Shown piece after piece: positions 49,001 through 57,741 of a DNA stretch of 64,000 nucleotides. The stretch is taken from assembly GCA_964643215.1 (NCBI GenBank), contig CAZXSI010000001.1:23029-87028 (forward strand), in the 5' to 3' direction. Below the pieces are notes generated by a model. The model saw only the letters and a program-made list of their open reading frames with translations, was not told where the DNA came from and searched no databases. This stretch comes from an uncultured Klebsiella sp. GTDB taxonomy: Bacteria; Verrucomicrobiota; Verrucomicrobiia; Opitutales; UBA953. Position 1 is the first letter of the stretch. Every line of letters begins with the position of its first letter. A program made the translations under genes and the position numbers.

Positions 49001-51602
49001 GGGCTCGGGCAAATCCTCCCTGGCGTTCGACATCCTCTTCGCCGAAGGCCAGCGTCGCTTCCTGGAATGCGTCTCGGCCTACGCCCGCCAGTTCGTCGAA
49101 CAACTCCCGAAGCCCGACATCGACGCGCTCACGGGCCTGCCGCCGACGGTCGCCATCGAGCAGCGCGTCACCCGCGGCTCCGCGAAGTCCACCGTCGCGA
49201 CGGTCACCGAGGTCGCCCAGTACCTGCGCGTGCTCTTCGCCCGCGCCGGCGTGCTCCATAGCCCGACCACCGGCGAGCCGCTCGAGGAGATGACCGAAGA
49301 CGCGGTCGTCCGTCTCGTCGCCAAGAAGGCGAAGGCGCTGAAGAAAGGTTCGCTGCTCGTCGCCGCCCCGCTCGTCCGTTCCCGCAAGGGCCACCATCGC
49401 CCGCTGGCCGAATGGGCCGAGACCAAGGGCCTCCGCCTGCTTCGCTGCGACGGCAAGATGCTCAAGGTCGAAGGGTTTGAAGGCCTCGACCGATATTCCG
49501 AACACGACGTCGACGCGGTCTTCGGTGAGATCCGCGCGGACGGACTGATCCGCCTGCCCGACGACACCGAGGAGTCCGGCGAGAAGGCTCTCCGCACGCT
49601 CGTCCGCCAGGCGCTCGCCTCCGGCAAGAACGCGTGCGTCCTCCTGGGCGCCGACGGCCATCAGGTCGCCTACCTTTCGACGTCGCGCAGCGACCCGGCC
49701 ACGGGCGAATCCTTCCCCGAGGTCGACCCGAAGCACCTCTCCTGGAATTCGCCGCGCGGCTGGTGCCCGGATTGCCGCGGCCACGGCCTCGAGGTCACGA
49801 CCTTCTCCTCCGACGAGGAGGAATCCATCAACGAGAACGCGATCGCCGACCGCGTCGGCGAAGCGGTCTGCCCGACCTGCCACGGCGAACGCCTCGGCCC
49901 GATCGGCCGCTCGGTGAAGCTCGCCGGACCGAAAGGCCGCTCGCTCTCCCTGCCCGGCCTGCTCCGGCTGCAGCCGGACGAGTCCCTCGCGTTCCTCTCC
50001 GGGCTGAAGCTCGAGGCCCGCGAGAAGGCCATCGTGGGCGCGCTGCTGCCCGAGATCGGCGCCCGCCTGCGCTTCCTGGATTCCGTCGGCCTCGGCTACC
50101 TCGCGCTCGATCGCGGCGCCGACACGCTCTCCGGCGGCGAGGCGCAGCGCATCCGCCTCGCGGCGCAGCTGGGCTCGACGCTTTCCGGCGCGCTCTACGT
50201 GCTCGACGAACCGAGCATCGGCCTGCACCCGCGCGACAACGACCGGCTCATCGGCTCGCTCAAGGACCTCCGCGACCGCGGCAACACGGTCCTCGTCGTC
50301 GAACACGACGAAGACACCATGCGCGCCGCCGACCTGGTGGTCGACATGGGCCCGGGCGCCGGCGTCCACGGCGGCACGATCGTCGCGCAAGGCACGGCGG
50401 CCGCGCTCGAGAAACGCGCCGACTCCGTCACGGGCCGCTTCCTCAAGGAAGCCATCCCGCATCCGCTCCGCGGCGCCCGTCGCCCGGTCGCCGGCAAGGG
50501 CGCGCCCGCCGAATGGGTCCGCCTGAAGAACGCCTCGCTCCGCAACCTGAAGGGCTTCGACGTCCAGATCCCGGTCGGACGCCTCACCGTCGTCTGCGGC
50601 GTCTCGGGCGCCGGCAAGTCCACGCTGGTCACCGACCTCCTCGCGCCCGCGATCCGCGCCGCCATCGCCAAGAAGAAGGACGGCCTCACGGGCAAGGAAG
50701 CGGTCGGCGTCGTCTCCCATGAAGGGAAGCCGGCCTTCGCGACGCTCTCCGGACTCAAAGGCTTCCGCCAGCTGGTCGTCGTCGACCAGGAGCCGATCGG
50801 CAAGACGCCGCGCTCGACGCCGGCGACCTACATCGGCGCATGGGACCTGATCCGCGAACGTCTCGCCTCCCTGCCCGAAGCCGCCATCCGCGGGCACGCC
50901 GCGGGCTTCTTCTCCTTCAACACCTCCGGCGGCCGCTGCGAAGCCTGCTCCGGCGCGGGCCGCATCAAGCTCGAGATGAGCTTCCTGCCCGACACCTACG
51001 TGCCGTGCGAGGAATGCGCGGGCACGCGCTACGGTTCCGCGGCCAAGGCCATCCGCTGGAACGGCAAGTCCGCCGCGGACCTCCTCGCGATGACGTTCGA
51101 GGAAGCGGCGGCGTTCCTGTCCTTCGACGCCAAGCTGGGCGACCTCTGCGGGCTGATGGTGAAGACCGGCCTGGGCTACCTCACGCTCGGCCAGAGCAGC
51201 CCGACCCTCTCGGGCGGCGAAGCCCAGCGTCTCAAGCTCGTCAGCGAACTCGCCCAAGGTCTCCCGACGTTCCGCGAACGCTCGCGCGGCGAGATCCGTC
51301 CGAACCTCTACATCCTGGAAGAGCCGACCATCGGCCTGCACCAGTCCGACTGCCGTCGCCTGATCGAGCTGCTCCACGCGCTCGTCGACCAAGGCCACAC
51401 GGTCGTCGTGATCGAACATCACCCCGACGTGATCGCCGAAGCCGATTGGGTCCTCGAGATCGGCCCGGAAGGCGGCAACGCCGGCGGCGAGCTCGTCCAC
51501 GCCGGCGACCCGGAATCCCTCGCGAAGCAGAAGAAGTCGCCCACGGCCCCGTCGCTCCGGCTCACGCTCGAACGCGGGCTGGTCAAGAAGCCCGCGGTTT
51601 AA
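46071..51602 (+). CDS. uvrA: Tandem-duplicated UvrA-like excinuclease ATPase (two complete UvrA units in one 1843-aa chain)
   Basis: It has four Walker A motifs (GLSGAGKSS, GVSGSGKST, GVSGSGKSS, GVSGAGKST) and four LSGGE(A/V)QR signatures. UvrA-type Zn modules occur in both halves (CPECRGFG / CPKCQGRRF / CERCGGAG...CPSCNGKRF, then CPDCRGHG / CPTCHGERL / CEACSGAG...CEECAGTRY). The junction lies at about nt 48850-48910. Confidence 0.85.
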   Translation: MEGPMPAPRPDAIRLRGVRQNNLKGFDVDIPVGKLVVVTGLSGAGKSSLVFDTLHAEGQRRYVETFSPYVRQFLELLPSPALDSAENVRPSVAIKQGNAVRTSRSTVGTMTELCDWFKVWFAHRADLVDPASGQVIVPRGPDAAWQDSLARFPGQSLSLAFAVSKPETLGWKTIAEEFSKAGFSRAFAAGKRVRLTEDEIPADATELLVIQDRVTIAPDQASRFHEAALAAFRLGGARLRLLDDQGHELSRYSEALESPVDGRKFRPASPALFSFNSPVGACPECRGFGRVIGLDWHKIIPNPALTLAEGAIAPFQGTVYGESQKDLVRACRKAGIPLDVPWKKLSAAHRKFVEHGEPGYVPGEYDSKWYGVRGFFRWLEGTTYKMHVRVFLSRWRAYESCPKCQGRRFREESLFWRWQGRSLPELYASPVSDLRTLLAPLAPKDSRHPADHALEAILARLGYLEAVGLGYLALDRLSRTLSGGEVQRVNLTSCLGACLADTVFVLDEPSVGMHARDLSRMVGILRSLVEQGNTVVVVEHDESVMRAADWLIEIGPRPGAEGGHLLYQGVPKGILKVKDSATGNWLSGRRVPEPRAARPVGDTTPRLRVSGATVNNLRDFSCSLPLGRLVGLCGVSGSGKSTLLHQVIGRRDPESGDEATELKWVKFDKEPAEVALVDQSPATRTPRSNPALYVGAWDAIRTLLGNSAEAKAAGLTPSHFSFNAGEGRCERCGGAGWETVEMQFVSDVALPCPSCNGKRFRDEVLSFRYDGKSVGDLLAMSVTEARQFLGERTPASAQLACLEEVGLGYLSMGQPLTTLSGGEAQRLKLVRYLSKIDTRKSGALLLLDEPTTGLHREDVSRLIGLLHRLTEAGHSLIVVEHHLDVLKSCDWLLEMGPEAGPAGGKLVAEGTPAEVAQAGTVTGRFLAQGDDAFASASTKPAKPRPTAISLRGAREHNLKDVSLEIPHGSLTVMTGVSGSGKSSLAFDILFAEGQRRFLECVSAYARQFVEQLPKPDIDALTGLPPTVAIEQRVTRGSAKSTVATVTEVAQYLRVLFARAGVLHSPTTGEPLEEMTEDAVVRLVAKKAKALKKGSLLVAAPLVRSRKGHHRPLAEWAETKGLRLLRCDGKMLKVEGFEGLDRYSEHDVDAVFGEIRADGLIRLPDDTEESGEKALRTLVRQALASGKNACVLLGADGHQVAYLSTSRSDPATGESFPEVDPKHLSWNSPRGWCPDCRGHGLEVTTFSSDEEESINENAIADRVGEAVCPTCHGERLGPIGRSVKLAGPKGRSLSLPGLLRLQPDESLAFLSGLKLEAREKAIVGALLPEIGARLRFLDSVGLGYLALDRGADTLSGGEAQRIRLAAQLGSTLSGALYVLDEPSIGLHPRDNDRLIGSLKDLRDRGNTVLVVEHDEDTMRAADLVVDMGPGAGVHGGTIVAQGTAAALEKRADSVTGRFLKEAIPHPLRGARRPVAGKGAPAEWVRLKNASLRNLKGFDVQIPVGRLTVVCGVSGAGKSTLVTDLLAPAIRAAIAKKKDGLTGKEAVGVVSHEGKPAFATLSGLKGFRQLVVVDQEPIGKTPRSTPATYIGAWDLIRERLASLPEAAIRGHAAGFFSFNTSGGRCEACSGAGRIKLEMSFLPDTYVPCEECAGTRYGSAAKAIRWNGKSAADLLAMTFEEAAAFLSFDAKLGDLCGLMVKTGLGYLTLGQSSPTLSGGEAQRLKLVSELAQGLPTFRERSRGEIRPNLYILEEPTIGLHQSDCRRLIELLHALVDQGHTVVVIEHHPDVIAEADWVLEIGPEGGNAGGELVHAGDPESLAKQKKSPTAPSLRLTLERGLVKKPAV

Positions 51603-51669
51603 GACTTCCCGGCCTGCGGTTCCCTTTGACCCCGGCCCGCCGGAAGGTATTGCTCCAACCCGAAGCCCG

Positions 51670-52425
51670 ATGTCCTCCCGCACCCTCCTCCTTGGCGTCA
51701 ACATCGACCACGCCGCGACGCTCCGCCAGGCGCGTTACCGCGGCGCGCACCAGTCGCCGCATGCGGAGCCGGACGTGCCGGCGTTCACGCGCGAAGCGAT
51801 CGCGGGCGGCGCCGACGGCATCACGCTCCATCTCCGGGAAGACCGCCGCCATATCCAGGACGCCGACGTCCATGCGATCGCCGCGATCCCCGGCGTCCGC
51901 CTAAACCTCGAGATGGCCTGCACCCCGGCGATGACCGCCTTCGCGCTGAAGCTGAAGCCAGCCGCGGTCTGCCTCGTGCCGGAATCCCGCGAAGAGGTGA
52001 CGACGGAAGGCGGCCTCGACGTCGCCGGCCAGCTCGCCCGCGTCAAGGAGACGACGCACGCCTTGCAGGCCGCCGGCATCGAGGTCTCGCTCTTCATCGG
52101 CCCCGACGCCCCGCAGATCGAAGCCGCGGTCGCCGTCGGCGCCCCGGTCATCGAGCTGCACACCGGGGCCTTCGCCAACGCCTGGAAATCCCCCGCCGCC
52201 GAAGCCGAGCTCGCCCGCCTCCGCGTCGCCTGCGAGCACGCCCATCGCCTCGGTCTCGTGGTGAACGCGGGCCACGGCATCAACTACGACAACATCCGCG
52301 CGATCCTGACGCTCCCGCACCTGCACGAGCTGAACATCGGCCACTCGATCGTCGCGCGCGCTCTCTTCACGGGCATCCGCGGAGCGGTCGCCGAGATGAA
52401 GGCGTACCTGACGAAGCCAGCATGA
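51670..52425 (+). CDS. pdxJ: Pyridoxine 5'-phosphate synthase
   Basis: LLGVNIDHAATLRQAR...EPD...GADGITLHLREDRRHIQD...NLEMA...VCLVPE...GHGINYDN. Confidence 0.9.
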   Translation: MSSRTLLLGVNIDHAATLRQARYRGAHQSPHAEPDVPAFTREAIAGGADGITLHLREDRRHIQDADVHAIAAIPGVRLNLEMACTPAMTAFALKLKPAAVCLVPESREEVTTEGGLDVAGQLARVKETTHALQAAGIEVSLFIGPDAPQIEAAVAVGAPVIELHTGAFANAWKSPAAEAELARLRVACEHAHRLGLVVNAGHGINYDNIRAILTLPHLHELNIGHSIVARALFTGIRGAVAEMKAYLTKPA

Positions 52426-52817
52426 ACCTCGCAGGCGGCAACGTGCTCGGCGTCGGCGTGGACCTCACGGAGGTCGACCGCATCCGCTCCGCGCACCGGA
52501 AGCATGGCGCGGCGTTCCTCGACAAGGTCTTCACGCCCGCCGAACAGAAGCTCTGCCTCGCCAAGGCCGACCCTTATCCGTCCCTCGCCGCCCGCTTCGC
52601 CGCCAAGGAGGCCGCGAGCAAGGCCTTCGGCACGGGCATCGGCGCCGACTTCGCGCTGACCAGCGTCGGCGTCCTGAACGGTCCCGAAGGCGAACCGGTC
52701 GTCGAGCTCGACGACAAGGCCCGGGCGCTGCTCGCCCAGCGCGGCGCCGCCCGGCTGCTGCTCTCGCTCACGCACACCGACACGCTCGCCCAGGCCTTCG
52801 TGGTGCTGGTCCGCTGA
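52422..52817 (+). CDS. acpS: Holo-[acyl-carrier-protein] synthase
   Basis: 131 aa with GVGVDLTEVDRI...FTPAEQ...LAARFAAKEAASKA...LSLTHTD. It overlaps the pdxJ stop by 4 nt. Confidence 0.9.
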   Translation: MNLAGGNVLGVGVDLTEVDRIRSAHRKHGAAFLDKVFTPAEQKLCLAKADPYPSLAARFAAKEAASKAFGTGIGADFALTSVGVLNGPEGEPVVELDDKARALLAQRGAARLLLSLTHTDTLAQAFVVLVR

Positions 52818-52821
52818 GGCC

Positions 52822-54315
52822 ATGAGCGCCGCCGCCCGCCTGCCGGTCCTCGCCTGCGCCGAAGCCGCGGCCGCCGAGGCGGCGTTCCTCGCCGGCGACG
52901 CCGCGCTGTCGTGGAAACTGATGAACCTCGCGGCCCGCGGCGTCGCCGACGAGGCCGTCGCGCTGCTCGGCCGTAAGCCGGAACGCATCCTGGTCCTCGC
53001 CGGCAAGGGCAACAACGGCGCCGACGCCTTCCTCGCGGCGCTGCATTGCGCCCGCCGCGGCACGGAGATCGTCGCGGTCTTCGCCGAAGGCGGTCCCGCC
53101 CGCGCCCAGGCCCGACGCGCCTGGGCCGCCCGCAAGCCCGGCGTGCGCATCGGCGTCGTCGCCGCGGCGAACCTTCGCCTGCTCGCCGACTTCGAGTTCG
53201 ACCTGATCTTCGACGGCGTCCTCGGGCAAGGTTTCCGCGCGCCGCTCTCGGCCGAGCTGCGCTCCTTCCTCCGCGCGTCCGATTCGCTGCGTGGGCTGCG
53301 CGTCGCGGTCGACCTGCCGAGCGGCCTCGGCGACGATGTGACCGGGCCGGCTTTCCGCGCCGACCTGACGGTCTCGATCGGCTGCCTGAAACGGCCCTTG
53401 CTCGACCCGAAAGCCGCGCGCTTCGTCGGCCGGCTCCGTGTCCTCGACCTCGGCCTGCCGCTGGGCGAGACCGAGGAAGCCTGCGTGACGAAGGCTTCCT
53501 TGGCTCCTTTGCGCCGCCCGCGGCGCGCCCGCGGCGACAAACGCCACCAAGGCCGGCTGCTCATCGTCGGGGGCTCCGACCGGATGCCTGGCGCGGTGCT
53601 GATGAACACCGTCGCCGCCCTCCGCTCCGGCGCGGCCCTCGTGACGACCTGCCTGCCGGACTCGGTCCGCGCGAAGGCGGCCGTCGCCTATCCCGAGGCG
53701 ATGTGGCGCGGACTCCGCACCGGACGCGACGGACGGCTCGTCGCCGGAAACCTCAAGGAGGTCCGCGCCTTGCTCGCGGACAAGGACGTGCTGCTCATCG
53801 GCTCCGGCATGGGCGAGAAGGCCGCCAAGCTGATCGGCGCCATCGCCGCCCGCTGCGACACCGCCTTGGTCCTCGACGCCGACGCGCTCCGGCCGACGGT
53901 GATCGCCGCCGCGAGGCTAGCGCCGGTGCGCGTGCTGCTACCGCACGCGGGCGAATTCCAGCGCCTGAGCGGACGCGACGCTTCGGTCGCCGCGGCCCGC
54001 GCCTACGCGCGCAAGACGAAGACCATCGTCGTGCTCAAAGGCCCGCTGACCTGCGTCACCGACGGGCTCCGCATCATCCATGTCCCGTTCGGCGGCCCGG
54101 TGCTCGCGCGCGGCGGCTCCGGCGATCTCCTCGCAGGCATCGTCGCCTCGGTGCTGGCCCGTCGCCGGGAACTGGAACTGACGGCGTTCGACGCCGTGGT
54201 GCTCGCGACGACCTGGCATGCGCGCGCGGCCGACTGGCTGAGGCAAACCCAAGGGGAAGAAGCGGTGAGAACCACCGACCTCCTCGCTGGGCTGTCCCCG
54301 GTCTTGCGCGACTGA
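52822..54315 (+). CDS. nnr: Bifunctional NAD(P)H-hydrate repair enzyme (epimerase/dehydratase, YjeF)
   Basis: YjeF_N motif VLAGKGNNGADAF. The C-terminal carbohydrate-kinase-like domain has HQGRLLIVGGSDRMPGAVLM...GSGDLLAG. Confidence 0.85.
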   Translation: MSAAARLPVLACAEAAAAEAAFLAGDAALSWKLMNLAARGVADEAVALLGRKPERILVLAGKGNNGADAFLAALHCARRGTEIVAVFAEGGPARAQARRAWAARKPGVRIGVVAAANLRLLADFEFDLIFDGVLGQGFRAPLSAELRSFLRASDSLRGLRVAVDLPSGLGDDVTGPAFRADLTVSIGCLKRPLLDPKAARFVGRLRVLDLGLPLGETEEACVTKASLAPLRRPRRARGDKRHQGRLLIVGGSDRMPGAVLMNTVAALRSGAALVTTCLPDSVRAKAAVAYPEAMWRGLRTGRDGRLVAGNLKEVRALLADKDVLLIGSGMGEKAAKLIGAIAARCDTALVLDADALRPTVIAAARLAPVRVLLPHAGEFQRLSGRDASVAAARAYARKTKTIVVLKGPLTCVTDGLRIIHVPFGGPVLARGGSGDLLAGIVASVLARRRELELTAFDAVVLATTWHARAADWLRQTQGEEAVRTTDLLAGLSPVLRD

Positions 54316-54337
54316 GACCGCGCCGCTCGCTGGCGGG

Positions 54338-55423
54338 ATGCTCCCGATCCCGACCGACCCGCTCGCGCAACGCGTCCTGCTCAACGGCCTGAAAGGCGTC
54401 GGTCCGGTCACGGTGCGACGCCTGCGCGAGGCGTTCGCCGGCGACCTCTCGGTCGCGCTCGGCGCCCCGGCCGAGCAGCTGGCGAAGGTGGAAGGGATCA
54501 GCCGACCCGTCGCCGCCGCGATCGCCGCGCGCGCGTTCGACTGGGCCGCCGAGATGGGCCGCGCGCGCGACCTGGGCTTCCGTCTGCTGAGCGAGGACGA
54601 CGCGGCCTGGCCGACATCGCTGGCCAAGCTCTGGGATCCGCCGCTCGTGCTGTACGCGGAAGGCGCCCATGCCCCGTCCGAACGCGCCGTCGGCATCATC
54701 GGCTCGCGCCATTGCACGACCTACGGCGCCTCGCTGGCGCGCGCCTTCGCCCGCGACCTCGCGAAGGAGGGCTGGTGGATCGTGAGCGGGCTGGCCCGCG
54801 GCATCGACACCGCGGCGCACGAGGGCGCCCTCGACGCCGCCGGACGCACGGCGGCGGTGGTCGGCCATGGCCTCGACCTGACCTTCCCGCCGGAAGCGGT
54901 CCGGCTGCGGGCGCGGATGAAGCAGGACGGCTGCGTGCTCTCGGAGTTCCCGCTCGGCCGCCCCGCCGACCGGCAGACCTTCCCGCAGCGCAACCGGATC
55001 GTCGCCGGAATGGTCCGCGTGATGGTGGTCGTCGAGACCGACGTCGACGGCGGCAGCATGATCACCGCGCGCTTCGCCGGCGACCTCGGCAAGACGCTCT
55101 GCGCCGTGCCCGGCCGCGCCGACAGCCCTTCGAGCCGCGGATGCCACGCGCTCATCCGCGACGGCGCGACGTTGGTCGCCTCGGTGGACGACATCCTCAC
55201 GGAGCTGGGCGAAAGCCGCGGCAGCCCCGCGCTCGCGCTCATCGCGGATCCGCCGGAGTTCGCCCGCTGGTTGCCGCACTTCGCCGGCGGAGCCGCGCAT
55301 GATGCCGAAAGCCTGTCCGTGCTCGCGGACTGCGCGGTCGCCGAGGCCGCGGTGAGCCTGACGATGATGGAGATCCGCGGGGTGCTCACGCGCCGTCCCG
55401 ACGGACGTCACGAGCGGGCCTGA
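54338..55423 (+). CDS. dprA: DNA-processing protein DprA (Smf)
   Basis: GIIGSRHCTTYGASLARAFARDLAKEGWWIVSGLARGIDTAAHEGAL...FPQRNRIVAG. Confidence 0.9.
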   Translation: MLPIPTDPLAQRVLLNGLKGVGPVTVRRLREAFAGDLSVALGAPAEQLAKVEGISRPVAAAIAARAFDWAAEMGRARDLGFRLLSEDDAAWPTSLAKLWDPPLVLYAEGAHAPSERAVGIIGSRHCTTYGASLARAFARDLAKEGWWIVSGLARGIDTAAHEGALDAAGRTAAVVGHGLDLTFPPEAVRLRARMKQDGCVLSEFPLGRPADRQTFPQRNRIVAGMVRVMVVVETDVDGGSMITARFAGDLGKTLCAVPGRADSPSSRGCHALIRDGATLVASVDDILTELGESRGSPALALIADPPEFARWLPHFAGGAAHDAESLSVLADCAVAEAAVSLTMMEIRGVLTRRPDGRHERA

Positions 55424-55424
55424 C

Positions 55425-56078
55425 TCAGCGGTGCGGGAGATTGCCTTCGTTCGCCGGGACGGGCGCCGAGAGCCGGCTGCCCGTGCAAAGGTCGATCACC
55501 GCTTTCGGTTTCGCCAGGCAATCGCGCAAGGAACCCAGGAACGGCCGCCACCCCTCGCCGAACGCGGCCGGGAAAGCCGTCGCCCGCAAGCCGGCCCGGT
55601 CGGCGATCCAAAGCGCCCGCACGCAATGCCAGCCTTGCGAGACGAAGACGACGTGCTCGTCAGGATAATAGGCCTTGGCGCGCCGCACCGAATCAAGCGT
55701 GCGCCAGCCGTACGGGTCTTCGACGATCGGACAGGTCACGCCGTCCGCGCGGAGGTGCAAGGCCATCGACCGGGCATGGACGTCGGTGCCGGAAGTCACG
55801 ACGAGCCTGACGCGCCCCGAACGCGCGAGCTCCGCGGCGGCCCGGATACGGTTTTGGTACGTCGGCGAGCGTTCCCCGGTGTCCGGATCGAACTCATCCA
55901 TGCCGAGCACGACCATGACGGAGCCGGCCGGAACCCGGGAAGGATCGGAGTCCAGCCGACCCCAGCCGGCCACCCAAATCCAGAGGTTCGACCCGATGAA
56001 GAACAGGGCTACCAGGGCGGCAAGCAGACCAACCCCGCGTTTGAGCCATCGAGACATGGAAATGAGGATTACAGGCAA
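55425..56078 (-). CDS. SanA/ElyC-like DUF218 (YdcF family) membrane-anchored protein
   Basis: It has an N-terminal TM helix, then VMVVLGMDEF...YQNRIRAAAELARSGRVRLVVTSG...VVFVSQGWHCVRALWIA. The start could be 56078 or 56057. Confidence 0.75.
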   Translation of the reverse strand: MPVILISMSRWLKRGVGLLAALVALFFIGSNLWIWVAGWGRLDSDPSRVPAGSVMVVLGMDEFDPDTGERSPTYQNRIRAAAELARSGRVRLVVTSGTDVHARSMALHLRADGVTCPIVEDPYGWRTLDSVRRAKAYYPDEHVVFVSQGWHCVRALWIADRAGLRATAFPAAFGEGWRPFLGSLRDCLAKPKAVIDLCTGSRLSAPVPANEGNLPHR

Positions 56079-56112
56079 AATACCCTTGGCAAGGGGGCTA
56101 AATCGCTTGGTT

Positions 56113-56130
56113 GTGCTTAAATTTAAGCAC
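56113..56130. promoter_or_regulatory. Perfect 18-bp AT-cored palindrome (candidate enhancer/operator)
   Basis: GTGCTTAAATTTAAGCAC is its own reverse complement. It lies in the divergent sanA-like / response-regulator spacer, about 55-70 nt upstream of the sigma-54-like element. Confidence 0.45.
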
Positions 56131-56182
56131 CAATAGGTTGCCGAAAGCCGTTATTAGGTCATTTTGAAGGGGTGGCCACCAA

Positions 56183-56197
56183 TGGCACGGATTCTGC
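56183..56197 (+). promoter_or_regulatory. Putative sigma-54 (-24/-12) promoter of the response-regulator gene
   Basis: TGGCACG-GATT-CTGC against the consensus TGGCACG-N4-TTGC. It sits only about 16 nt before the ATG at 56213, so the transcript would be nearly leaderless. Confidence 0.45.
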
Positions 56198-56212
56198 CTA
56201 CTTTTACTCATC

Positions 56213-57700
56213 ATGAGCGCCACTCCTTCCGCCGCGAACGCCAAAGTCCTGGTCATCGATGACGACAAGGACCTCCGCTACTCTCTGCGCCGCGCGCTCG
56301 CCGGCCTCGGCCACGCGGTGATCGAAGCCGACAGCGGCGAGACCGGCGTCGTGGCCGCCAAGCGCGAACAGCCGGACGTGATCCTGCTCGATAACCGGAT
56401 GGGCGGCATGACCGGCATCGAGACCTTGCAGATGCTCCGCGGCGCGCAGCCGCAGGCGATGGTGATCCTCATGACCGCGTTCGGCACGACGCAGACCGCG
56501 ATCGAGGCGATGAAGTTCGGCGCCTACGACTACGTCATGAAGCCGTTCGACCAGGCGAAGCTCATCGCGCTCGTCGACAAGGCCCTCTCCGCGCGCCGCG
56601 ACCTCGCGGCCGCCACGAAGTCCACGCGCACGCTCGTCAATCCGGCCGACTACAAGGAAGGCATCGTCGGCAGCTCCGAGCCGATGCAGGAGGTGCTGAA
56701 GTCGATCGGCCAGGTCGCCGCTTCCGACGCCACCGTGCTCATCACCGGCGAAAGCGGCACGGGCAAGGAGCTCGTCGCGCGCTGCATCCACCAGCATTCG
56801 CTCCGCGCCAAGGGCCCGTTCCTCGCGGTCAACTGCGCGGCCATCCCGGAGAACCTCATCGAGTCCGAGCTCTTCGGCCACGAGAAAGGCGCCTTCACCG
56901 GCGCGGCCAACCAGAAGCTCGGCAAATTCGAGCTCTGCGACGGCGGCACGATCTTCCTCGACGAGATCGGCGACATGTCCCTGCCCACGCAGACCAAGGT
57001 GCTCCGGGCCATCCAGGAAGGCGAGATCCAGCGCGTCGGCGGCACGACCACCGTCAAGATCAGCGTCCGCCTCGTCGCCGCGACCAACAAGGACCTCGAG
57101 GCGATGGTGGCCACGCGGCAGTTCCGCGAAGACCTCTACTACCGCCTCAACGTCTTCCGCATCCGCCTGCCCGCCCTCCGCTACCGCAAGGGCGACGTGC
57201 CGCTCCTCGTCGACTACATGCTGCAGCGCCAGGCCGCCGCGAAGAAGACCAAGCCGAAGCGCCTCTCGAACGAAGCCCTCGACGCCCTGCTCGCCTACGA
57301 CTGGCCGGGCAACGTCCGCGAGCTCGAGAACGTCGTCCAGCGCGCCAACGTGCTCGCCAAGGGGGAGACGATCCTGCCCAAGGACCTCCCGCAGGACGTC
57401 CTGAATCCCCGCAAGGTCGCCGTGGCGCCCGTCGCGGCGCCCGCCCCCGCGGCCTCCTCGCCGGAAGCCGCCGCCCCCGTGGCCGGCCTCATCCCCGCCT
57501 ACGACACGATCTACAAGCAGTGCCGCGTGAACGACGGCAAGGCCATCCTCGCGGCCATCGAGATGGAGATGATCCGGCGCGCGATGGAGGAGACCCGGGG
57601 CAACCAGCTGCGCTCCGCCATGATCCTCGGCATCAACCGGTCGACCCTCAAGAAGCGCCTGCTCGAGATGCGCGAAGCCGGCATCAAGGTGTTCACTTAA
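56213..57700 (+). CDS. Sigma-54-dependent response regulator (NtrC family: REC + AAA+ + Fis-type HTH)
   Basis: The REC domain has KVLVIDDD...[12 protein letters not shown]. The AAA+ domain has [15 protein letters not shown], the GAFTGA motif ([13 protein letters not shown]), FLDEIGDM and [11 protein letters not shown]. The C-terminal HTH is [21 protein letters not shown]. Confidence 0.9.
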   Translation: MSATPSAANAKVLVIDDDKDLRYSLRRALAGLGHAVIEADSGETGVVAAKREQPDVILLDNRMGGMTGIETLQMLRGAQPQAMVILMTAFGTTQTAIEAMKFGAYDYVMKPFDQAKLIALVDKALSARRDLAAATKSTRTLVNPADYKEGIVGSSEPMQEVLKSIGQVAASDATVLITGESGTGKELVARCIHQHSLRAKGPFLAVNCAAIPENLIESELFGHEKGAFTGAANQKLGKFELCDGGTIFLDEIGDMSLPTQTKVLRAIQEGEIQRVGGTTTVKISVRLVAATNKDLEAMVATRQFREDLYYRLNVFRIRLPALRYRKGDVPLLVDYMLQRQAAAKKTKPKRLSNEALDALLAYDWPGNVRELENVVQRANVLAKGETILPKDLPQDVLNPRKVAVAPVAAPAPAASSPEAAAPVAGLIPAYDTIYKQCRVNDGKAILAAIEMEMIRRAMEETRGNQLRSAMILGINRSTLKKRLLEMREAGIKVFT

Positions 57701-57741
57701 TCTTTGCCTCGGGACGGCCGACCGCTTGGACTGGCGGCCGG

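Noticed and set aside
45990-51704. Minus-strand ORFs of 881 aa and 986 aa antisense to the double UvrA gene.
   Set aside because: They mirror the UvrA coding frame and their translations are low-complexity. I see no evidence of overlapping genes.
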